Source: Bacteroidota bacterium
Lineage (GTDB): Bacteria; Bacteroidota; Bacteroidia; Bacteroidales; B18-G4
Length of the DNA stretch: 39,139 nt
Assembly (NCBI GenBank): GCA_039714935.1
Contig: JBDLIJ010000002.1
Span: forward strand, 1-39,139
Reading direction: 5' to 3'
The position numbers and the translations under genes are program-made. Each line of letters starts with the position of its first letter. Position 1 is the first letter of the stretch. The notes beneath the pieces were generated by a model. It made no database searches, had not been told where the DNA came from, and saw nothing but the letters and a program-made list of their open reading frames with translations. Positions 32,510 to 39,139 of this stretch are shown here, piece by piece.

Positions 32510-32986
32510 TTATAGAGCCGGACAATCCATGAATAAACACCATGCGTCATGTTTAATGAAGAGCAGCACAGCAATGATAAACGAAATAGTTGATATAGCA
32601 ACATAAAACCATTTTAATAAAAATGTGTAGCTTTTTTTACTGTATATCTGTTTCATGCCCTCAAAGATCCCAGATACTTCTGTGTATTTGGTTTCAATAT
32701 CATATCCGGTTTTAATGATTAAGTTTTGCAGTGTGGCGTTTCTTGTTTCAAGAATGATAAAAGCAATGGTGATGATGGTGATAAGCAGGTAGGGGACAAA
32801 ATGCAGCTGATCCCAGAATGCTGCTTCATGCTCACCCATGATCAGCCAGCCGCTCATAGCCAGCAGGGCTGAAAGAGTAAGGATATAACGTTGAATAGAC
32901 TTAAACCGCCATTCAGACAGAAACCGCATATCCTGTGCGACCTCCCTGTACATTGTACTTATAAACTCAGCGCTATTTTTTTCCAT
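32510..32986 (-). CDS. Hypothetical membrane protein
   Basis: 158 aa with about 3-4 TM segments. It lies 11 nt upstream of the hydrolase gene. No family was recognised. Confidence 0.55.
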   Translation of the reverse strand: MEKNSAEFISTMYREVAQDMRFLSEWRFKSIQRYILTLSALLAMSGWLIMGEHEAAFWDQLHFVPYLLITIITIAFIILETRNATLQNLIIKTGYDIETKYTEVSGIFEGMKQIYSKKSYTFLLKWFYVAISTISFIIAVLLFIKHDAWCLFMDCPAL

Positions 32987-33147
32987 AACAGATATTTTAA
33001 TGATAAATATACAAAAACATCATAAAAAATACTATCCTCAGCAGCTTGATAGCTTAAACTATCAACAGCAATTTAATATTTTACACACTTAAGCGTAACA
33101 ATTATTAATGTATTTTGCAAAAAGAAATTATCACAAATCAAATTAAT

Positions 33148-34137
33148 ATGAAAAGACTTAACAAATTGATGCTACTACTAGCATTAATGCCTTTAAGTAC
33201 TGGCGTGCTTGCACAAAGTGGTGAGGATTTTAAACCATCAGGAAAACCAATTGTAAAGATTTTTGCAAATTATCATTCAATATTTTCGGATGGAGATGCT
33301 GCAAATGCATTCCAGATCACCAGGGCTTATCTGGGTTACGAATATTCATTCAGCAAAAACTTCTCAGGCAAGATCGTGCTTGATGTTGGAGATCCCGGCT
33401 TAGGGAGATTTAAATTGACTGCTTTTCTAAAAAATGCTTACTTAAAGTATAATTATAAAAAGTTTACGGTCAGCTTCGGGATGATAAGCACAACTGCTTT
33501 CAAGACGCAGGAAAAGTTTTGGGGATACCGTTATCTCTACAAATCATTCCAGGATGCATATAGATTTAATTCAAGCGCAGACCTCGGCATAAGCTTGAAT
33601 TACAGATTTACAGATTTTCTGAGTGCAGATTTCTCAATTTTCAATGGTGAAGGATATAAGCTTGTTCAACTTGATTCAACGTTTCAGGCGGCCCTGGGAG
33701 TAACAGTAAAACCTGTTGATGACCTCATATTAAGGATCTATTACGATTATATGGAAAAAGATGCGGCCCAGCAAACCATAGCTTTGTTTGCAGGCTATAC
33801 CATTGGAAAGTTTAGCCTTGGAGCCGAATATGACCGGCAATTAAATCATGGCATCATTTATCATAAAGATTTTGATGGATATTCGGTTTTTGCAACTTTT
33901 AAAGTAAATAATAAATGGAAGGTTTTCGGAAGATATGATAAGCTTTCTTCAGTAAAAACAGATCATGAAGAGCAAGTATGGAATTTGAATCGTGACGGAC
34001 AAATTATCATAGCAGGGCTTGAATTCAATCCGGTAAAAGGTATAAAGCTAACACCAAACTACCAGGGATGGATACCTGCCGATGCTGATGCGCATGTGTT
34101 GCATGGCGCATTTTTAAATTGTGAAATCAAACTTTAA
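33148..34137 (+). CDS. Outer-membrane porin-like beta-barrel protein
   Basis: The signal peptide is MKRLNKLMLLLALMPLSTGVLAQ. The PIVKIFANYHS start, alternating strands and C-terminal ..FLNCEIKL are reminiscent of Bacteroidota porins (porin O/P-like). Confidence 0.65.
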   Translation: MKRLNKLMLLLALMPLSTGVLAQSGEDFKPSGKPIVKIFANYHSIFSDGDAANAFQITRAYLGYEYSFSKNFSGKIVLDVGDPGLGRFKLTAFLKNAYLKYNYKKFTVSFGMISTTAFKTQEKFWGYRYLYKSFQDAYRFNSSADLGISLNYRFTDFLSADFSIFNGEGYKLVQLDSTFQAALGVTVKPVDDLILRIYYDYMEKDAAQQTIALFAGYTIGKFSLGAEYDRQLNHGIIYHKDFDGYSVFATFKVNNKWKVFGRYDKLSSVKTDHEEQVWNLNRDGQIIIAGLEFNPVKGIKLTPNYQGWIPADADAHVLHGAFLNCEIKL

Positions 34138-34214
34138 ATCGATAATATAATAAATACCATCCACTTGCAAAGTAAATTTTATCAATCTCACGCTATAAAT
34201 TTTCATATATATTT

Positions 34215-34259
34215 TTCTTGTTCATAATAAATTGTTTATTTAGTTTTGCACCTTCAAAA
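34215..34259 (+). promoter_or_regulatory. tRNA-Ser promoter block containing a -7 box TAgtTTTG (34241-34248)
   Basis: ttcttgttcataataaattgtttatttagttttgcaccttcaaaa is nearly repeated upstream of tRNA-Pro (34668-34714). Confidence 0.6.
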
Positions 34260-34307
34260 GAAATGCCTTGGGGAAGTGTGAAGTTTGAGGTATGAAGTTT
34301 GAAGTTT

Positions 34308-34395
<88 letters not shown>

Positions 34396-34518
34396 AAAGC
34401 TTTTGCTAAATCCCACCAACAGTGGGATTTTTTATTTTAAGATTATGGAAGCAGAGCTTGCTTTGTCTTGCATAATCTTAAAATAAAAAGTATCCTGAAA
34501 GGATTTAGCAAAAGCTTT
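34396..34518 (+). repeat. Composite mirrored palindrome in the 3' flank of tRNA-Ser
   Basis: Outer arms are aaagcttttgctaaatcc (34396-34413) and ggatttagcaaaagcttt (34501-34518). Inner arms are ttattttaagattatg and cataatcttaaaataa. Each half carries its own small hairpin. Confidence 0.85.
34408..34433 (+). terminator. Intrinsic terminator of tRNA-Ser
   Basis: aaatcccac-caaca-gtgggattt running into a T run. Confidence 0.7.
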
Positions 34519-34523
34519 GAACT

Positions 34524-34570
34524 CCCCCCCCCACAGGGATCATCCCGCCGAAGGCGGAGATAATCCCTGG
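34524..34570 (+). repeat. C9 tract plus a GGGATCA..TAATCCC hairpin
   Basis: A C9 run is followed by cagggatcatcccgcc-gaa-ggcggagataatccctg. It is related to the elements at 34968-35010, 35066-35109 and, on the minus strand, 147-178. Confidence 0.8.
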
Positions 34571-34667
34571 CTTGCTTTAATCAGGTTACAGTTGACCATT
34601 GGGCCACCTTATTTTCAGAAGCCCATATCCGGCAAGCCAGGATCACTTACTCCGCATTTTTTTATTA

Positions 34668-34714
34668 TTCTCTTGCCAATAATAAATTGTTTGTTTACTT
34701 TTGCACCTCCAAAA
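34668..34714 (+). promoter_or_regulatory. tRNA-Pro promoter block containing a -7 box TActTTTG (34696-34703)
   Basis: ttctcttgccaataataaattgtttgtttacttttgcacctccaaaa is a near copy of the tRNA-Ser promoter block. Confidence 0.6.
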
Positions 34715-34764
34715 TAAACGTTCTTTTAAATTAACAATACAGAATACAGAATTATAAATCATAT

Positions 34765-34839
34765 CGGGGTATAGCGCAGTCCGGTTAGCGCACCTGCTTT
34801 GGGAGCAGGGGGTCGTAGGTTCGAATCCTACTACCCCGA
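34765..34839 (+). tRNA. tRNA-Pro: tRNA-Pro, anticodon TGG
   Basis: Acceptor is CGGGGTA/TACCCCG, anticodon arm is CCTGC-TTTGGGA-GCAGG, and T arm is GTAGG-TTCGAAT-CCTAC. Confidence 0.92.
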
Positions 34840-34965
34840 CAACAAACAAAAGCCCTTCACGAAAGTGGAGGGCTTTTTTCATGTGCGCAAACTGGAAGCT
34901 TGCTTACATGTTTATGCACATGAAAAAAGACCAAACGAACGCAGTGAGTGGGGCTTTTGTTGTTG
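34840..34965 (+). repeat. Composite mirrored palindrome in the 3' flank of tRNA-Pro
   Basis: Outer arms are caacaaacaaaagccc (34840-34855) and gggcttttgttgttg (34951-34965). Inner arms are cttttttcatgtgc and gcacatgaaaaaag. Confidence 0.85.
34851..34879 (+). terminator. Intrinsic terminator of tRNA-Pro
   Basis: agcccttcac-gaaa-gtggagggct (10 bp, GAAA loop) followed by a T6 run. Confidence 0.7.
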
Positions 34966-35114
34966 ATCCCCCCCCCAACGGATCAGCGAAGCGAAGCTGA
35001 GCTAATCCTGTGTTTTAGACGGTGAGACTTTGAGAGCGCAGCGATAAAGGGTTTTATTGATTGATCCCCCCCCGCAACGGATCAGCGAAGCGAAGCTGAG
35101 CTAATCCTGTGTTT
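34963..35114 (+). repeat. Two copies (34963-35016 and 35061-35114) of a poly-C plus GGATCA..TAATCC hairpin element
   Basis: Both copies read ttgatCCCCCCCC(C/g)(c)aacggatcagcgaagcgaagctgagctaatcctgtgttt. The sequence preceding each copy is also related (gcagtgagtggggcttttgttgttgat vs gcagcgataaagggttttattgattgat). Confidence 0.85.
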
Positions 35115-35163
35115 CATTAATAGTGTTGCTCCTTCTTTAAAATAAAAAATTTACAAGAATCCT

Positions 35164-35171
35164 TATCTTTG
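35164..35171 (+). promoter_or_regulatory. Candidate -7 box (TAtcTTTG)
   Basis: Exact TAnnTTTG 33 nt upstream of the ATG at 35204. Confidence 0.4.
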
Positions 35172-35203
35172 TATAAAGAGGATTAATTAAATAATTATAT
35201 AAG

Positions 35204-35416
35204 ATGCAATTACTTGGAGTACCCGGAATGTGGCAAATACTTGTGATCCTTATCATTCTGTTTGCCCTGTTATTACCTGTCATTGCCCTGATCGATATAT
35301 TGAGGAGCGAATTTACCGGATCAAATAAGATCGTATGGGTTGTGGTGGTGATCTGTCTGCCAATGCTTGGAACCTTGCTTTATTTTATGATAGGGGTCCA
35401 CCAGAAGATCAAGTAA
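35204..35416 (+). CDS. PLDc_N-type small membrane protein (two TM)
   Basis: ALIDILRSEFTGSNKIVWVVVVICLPMLGTLLYFMIG matches the PLD nuclease N-terminal / cardiolipin synthase N-terminal domain pattern. Confidence 0.65.
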   Translation: MQLLGVPGMWQILVILIILFALLLPVIALIDILRSEFTGSNKIVWVVVVICLPMLGTLLYFMIGVHQKIK

Positions 35417-35468
35417 ATATCTAATAGAGCCTGGCGCTTATAAAGTGAAGTTTTTAAAACAATAAATA

Positions 35469-36137
35469 GTGAAAAACAGAGGACTTCTGGCCATTATTAT
35501 TTTCTTCCTGTATCAATCTGGATTTTCCCAGACGATAGGGTTTAGCAGTGGCTACCTTTTGAACCATATGTATGATTGTGAGAAGGAAAATCCCCATTGG
35601 AACTCCGAATATACAAATGGAAAAGGATATGATATAGTCATTGCCGTAGAGGATGTCAGCGTCGATTGGGCTAAGATGCGCTTCTCGCTGGCATATGAAC
35701 ATTATGATGGTGAATTATATGTCAGAAGCGGTGGTCTGGGTGGTGGTGGAAGTAAATCTGCAGAATTTCGTAAGTCTCTGTTATCTGCCTGTATTTTCCC
35801 CCATGGGTTTACTATTAAGAAAAAGCTTGATCTCCAGATAGGCTTGCAATTATCATGGCTGCTACATGAAGAGTTCTCTGGTAAATCAGCTTCGTGGTCT
35901 AGCATACCCTACACTGGTGGAAGCAGCACATTAGAAGATTCATATGATCACTACAATTCAGCCTTCTATATTGGCCTGGTCGGGAGAGTGGCCTATAATA
36001 TCAAAATTGCTGAATCAATTTACATCTTCCCACAATATTCATTTTACTTCGGATTAAGCCCGGAGTTTCGCGAACCCCCTACAGAGACCAGGTCGATGCG
36101 ACACTTTTTTGGGATTGGAATAGAAAAAAGACTGTGA
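35469..36137 (+). CDS. Hypothetical outer-membrane beta-barrel protein (GTG start)
   Basis: The signal peptide is MKNRGLLAIIIFFLYQSGFSQ. Alternating beta-strand pattern, a GGLGGGG loop, and a C-terminal ..FFGIGIEKRL are present. Confidence 0.55.
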   Translation: MKNRGLLAIIIFFLYQSGFSQTIGFSSGYLLNHMYDCEKENPHWNSEYTNGKGYDIVIAVEDVSVDWAKMRFSLAYEHYDGELYVRSGGLGGGGSKSAEFRKSLLSACIFPHGFTIKKKLDLQIGLQLSWLLHEEFSGKSASWSSIPYTGGSSTLEDSYDHYNSAFYIGLVGRVAYNIKIAESIYIFPQYSFYFGLSPEFREPPTETRSMRHFFGIGIEKRL

Positions 36138-36277
36138 AGTCTCAGGATATTGCGATTAGGAGACCAGGTGAATGCCCAATAGCATATTCCTGAGCACCAG
36201 AAAATATAGGAGATGTAGACGAATTAGGAGAATAAGAAGATTTTATCCTATTTAACTGCTGATTATCTTATTTAATT

Positions 36278-36285
36278 TAGTTTTG
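36278..36285 (+). promoter_or_regulatory. Candidate -7 box (TAgtTTTG)
   Basis: atttagttttgcag lies 18 nt upstream of the ATG at 36303. It has the same tttagttttgca string as the tRNA-Ser promoter. Confidence 0.5.
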
Positions 36286-36302
36286 CAGATCAGCTTAATG
36301 TA

Positions 36303-39098
36303 ATGAGGAAGCTTATCTTCATATTCTTATTGCTCACTTCGGCACTGGTCATGGCACAAATAGATGCAGGGCCCGACCAGGTGATCTGTAATGGCAATAG
36401 CACAATCTTGCAGGGCTCAGGACCACCGGTGTTCGATTTCGTATGGAGATCTAATCCTTATGATCCTACATTAAGCGATTCTACATCGCTGACACCAGCA
36501 GTACAGCCCTCTGTAACAACAGTGTATACCCTTGTGGGACGGTCAGTTGATTTTGTTAACCTCGTTGTGAATGGTAATTTTGAACAGGGAAACACCGGAA
36601 TTACAAGCTCATACACCTATGCTCCGGGCCCCAACGGCATTTGGACCAACGGCACCTATGCTATCACCGATGATGCAAGCTATAATCATAATAATTTTAC
36701 GTGCGACAACGACCACACAACAGGTACCGGTCATTTTATGGTTGTAAACGGTTCATGGACACCCAATACAGTGGTATGGTCCCAGCTGATCAACGGCATC
36801 ACCCCTGATACCGAATATGAATTTTCAACCTGGGTGTCAAGTTTATCGCCGGTGAGCCCTGCAATATTGCAGTTCAGCATTAATGGTGAACTTTTGGGCA
36901 CCCCATTCCAGGCATCAAGCGATACTTGTGTGTGGCACCAGTTTTTTGAAGAATGGAATTCAGGGACGGCAACAAGCGCTGAAATAAGTATCGTAAACCA
37001 GAATACCGCAGCCAATGGTAATGACTTCTCACTTGACGACATTCAATTTTCGATAGTCACCTATTATTACGACAGTTGTACAGTCAATGTAATCCCCGTA
37101 CCTACATCGGATTTTGTATTGCAACCGGCTGCCTGCATGTCTGATACCGTTGAGATCCTATATTCCGGAACAGCTGCAGATACCTCTGTTTTTTACTGGG
37201 ATTTTGGATCTGCAACTGTCTATAGCGGGTCAGGTCCCGGTCCGTATAAGGTCAGGTGGCCGACAGCAGGGGCAAAAACAGTATCATTGCATGTTGATTA
37301 CTCGTGTTTATCGGATACCACAGTGAAAAGCATACAAATAAACCAGAATCCCGATGTGTCAATTACTGCCGATCAAACTTCAGTCCCATACGGGTCAAGC
37401 ACCTTCCTGAACGGGGATATTAATGCTGTCCCCGGGCCGTATGATTTTCAATGGGATCCTGCCAGTGAATTACAGGATCCTTTTATTTTAGATCCGGAGA
37501 CAAAACAACTTTTTCAAAATACGGTTTTCACCTTAACAAGCCAGGACCAAAGCTCTTTGTGCAGCGCTTTTGATACTATATTGATCGAAGTTACGGGCGG
37601 ACCATTGTTGATTATTTCTTTTTCGGCCAGCCCTGATACCATTTGTTATGGCGATAGTACAATCCTTAGTGTAAGTGTTACGGGGGGCTCGGGAGATTAT
37701 TATATCTCTTGGACCTCTAATCCACCGGGATTCAATCATTATGGCCAGGAAACACAGGTGAAAGTTTCACCTCAGCTTAATACAACATTTATTATTGAAG
37801 TGTCTGACGGGTATACAACTATACCTCCGGATTCATTAACGGTGATCGTAATCCCGCAAATTGAAATGATTGCACAACCCGCTGATATAACCATCTCCCA
37901 GGGGCAGGATGCTTCCTTCAGTGTTAGTGCCAATTATGCGGAAAGCTACCAGTGGCAGCTGAGTACCGACAATGGAGCTAACTGGACAGATGTGACAGAT
38001 AATGCTGTTTACAGCGGATCAACAACAGCCGTACTGTCAATAACGAATGCATCATACTCGATGGACAATTATTTATACCGCTGCTTGCTTGAAGGAGATT
38101 GCATGCCCGTGTGCAGTGATAATTGTATGCTAAGCGTTATTGACTCTCCACAGCTGCTAGGAACCCTATCAGGTACACGGGAATGCGAGGGGGATACCAT
38201 ATTTGTTCCCTGCAGCATCAGCAATTTTATTGAGATAGACACCTTCAGTATGGCAGTCGCTTACAATACTGCTTTAATGCATTATGCAGGATTGTGGGAT
38301 ATCAACAGCGAATTAACATCCATTGAGGTATATAACAACGGCGATTCGATAAGTATGTACTGGTCGTCACAGACGGGCGCTACAATAAGTGATGGGAAAA
38401 TTTTCGATATTGCATTTATTGCAAGCTCATCAGGAGCTGATTCAGTGATGTGGAAACCGGAACCGTTCATCAGGAATATCTCAGGATTTTATCCTGCACT
38501 GCTGCAGGCTTCAGCATATGTTGAAATTGATCCCTTGCCTGTTAACCCCGATACAGTTGTTGCTGATCCTGCCGTTGTTATTCATGATGAGGTTACTGAT
38601 ATTATCCTTGAAGCTTATGGCGGTTCAGGGAATTACATTGAATGGACATCGGGAAGTTGTGACGGTGATTCGATCGGGGCAGGGAATTCTGTTACTTTAT
38701 ACAGACCTGACCAATCAACAACTTATTATGCCAGGTGGATAAACCAGTGTGGTAAGAGTGAATGCAGGCAGGTAGAGGTGATCGTTGAAGATGTTATCAT
38801 AGATGATTTTATTGTCTCTGTACCTAATGCCTTTTCCCCTGATGGTGATGGCCTGAATGACAAGTTTGGTATAATAACTTCGGGTGATCTGCCATTTTTT
38901 GAGATGACTGTATTCAACAGGTGGGGACAGATGGTATTTCACTCAAGTGATCAGTTTCAACTATGGGATGGTACATACAATGGCGCAAAATCCCCGGTGG
39001 GCATGTATGCCTGGATTGTCAAATATCAATATGTATTAAGAGGCACAGGATCCGAAATTAATGTACAATCAGGCACAGTAATTATAGTCAAAAACTGA
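36303..39098 (+). CDS. Large multidomain surface protein with a T9SS type B (gliding-motility-associated, CHU_C) C-terminal domain
   Basis: The C-terminus is VPNAFSPDGDGLNDKFGI...FNRWGQMVF...WDGTYNG..SPVGMYAW. Upstream are a jelly-roll/CBM-like module (NLVVNGNFEQGN...GHFMVVNGS), PKD/Ig-like repeats (..YQWQLSTDNGANWTDV..YRC) and a cohesin-like segment. Confidence 0.85.
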   Translation: MRKLIFIFLLLTSALVMAQIDAGPDQVICNGNSTILQGSGPPVFDFVWRSNPYDPTLSDSTSLTPAVQPSVTTVYTLVGRSVDFVNLVVNGNFEQGNTGITSSYTYAPGPNGIWTNGTYAITDDASYNHNNFTCDNDHTTGTGHFMVVNGSWTPNTVVWSQLINGITPDTEYEFSTWVSSLSPVSPAILQFSINGELLGTPFQASSDTCVWHQFFEEWNSGTATSAEISIVNQNTAANGNDFSLDDIQFSIVTYYYDSCTVNVIPVPTSDFVLQPAACMSDTVEILYSGTAADTSVFYWDFGSATVYSGSGPGPYKVRWPTAGAKTVSLHVDYSCLSDTTVKSIQINQNPDVSITADQTSVPYGSSTFLNGDINAVPGPYDFQWDPASELQDPFILDPETKQLFQNTVFTLTSQDQSSLCSAFDTILIEVTGGPLLIISFSASPDTICYGDSTILSVSVTGGSGDYYISWTSNPPGFNHYGQETQVKVSPQLNTTFIIEVSDGYTTIPPDSLTVIVIPQIEMIAQPADITISQGQDASFSVSANYAESYQWQLSTDNGANWTDVTDNAVYSGSTTAVLSITNASYSMDNYLYRCLLEGDCMPVCSDNCMLSVIDSPQLLGTLSGTRECEGDTIFVPCSISNFIEIDTFSMAVAYNTALMHYAGLWDINSELTSIEVYNNGDSISMYWSSQTGATISDGKIFDIAFIASSSGADSVMWKPEPFIRNISGFYPALLQASAYVEIDPLPVNPDTVVADPAVVIHDEVTDIILEAYGGSGNYIEWTSGSCDGDSIGAGNSVTLYRPDQSTTYYARWINQCGKSECRQVEVIVEDVIIDDFIVSVPNAFSPDGDGLNDKFGIITSGDLPFFEMTVFNRWGQMVFHSSDQFQLWDGTYNGAKSPVGMYAWIVKYQYVLRGTGSEINVQSGTVIIVKN

Positions 39099-39139
39099 TT
39101 CCACTTATAATTAAGTAGTACTGACACCCAGCTGTAAAT

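Noticed and set aside
34517-34882. ORFs 34517-34717 (+) and 34643-34882 (-) in the tRNA region.
   Set aside because: They run through the poly-C/hairpin repeat, the tRNA-Pro promoter and the tRNA-Pro gene itself. They are explained by non-coding features.

Overview
The window looks like a Bacteroidota chromosome segment. Support: TAnnTTTG -7 promoter boxes in front of many genes, T9SS type A and type B C-terminal sorting domains, and a CarboxypepD_reg-type TonB-dependent receptor. All family calls come from reading motifs by eye; no searches were run.

Content, left to right:
(1) tRNA-Arg(TCT) on the minus strand, with a structured repeat array in its 3' flank.
(2) A LivHMGF-type ABC importer operon. 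It is interrupted by a truncated IS1/InsA-like gene, then continues with a lipoprotein solute-binding protein and a TonB-dependent receptor.
(3) A glycoconjugate locus at about 8.3-23.9 kb. A translationally coupled minus-strand operon carries Wzm/Wzt ABC exporter genes, five stand-alone sulfotransferases, a sulfotransferase-GT4 fusion, an NRPS-like A-PCP didomain and an LpxL-type acyltransferase. A divergent operon carries a GT-C-like/TPR membrane protein, a GT2 and a DUF2304 protein. Two further GT4 genes follow.
(4) Three secreted surface proteins: a tandem GEVED-like T9SS cargo protein and two paralogous lipoproteins. One lipoprotein carries an insert with thioester-domain-like Cys/Gln motifs.
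(5) An SDR, outer-membrane beta-barrels, a thioredoxin-fold protein with a CX3C site, an alpha/beta hydrolase and a porin.
(6) tRNA-Ser(GCT) and tRNA-Pro(TGG). Each is followed by the same unusual 3'-flank architecture seen at tRNA-Arg.
(7) A PLDc_N mini-protein, a beta-barrel protein and a 931-aa T9SS type B adhesin.

Best candidates for something new:
- The sulfotransferase-dense, acyl-loading glycoconjugate pathway.
- The thioester-like insert in a Gram-negative lipoprotein.
- The conserved architecture downstream of all three tRNAs: a mirrored palindrome, a poly-C tract and a GGATCA..TAATCC hairpin.
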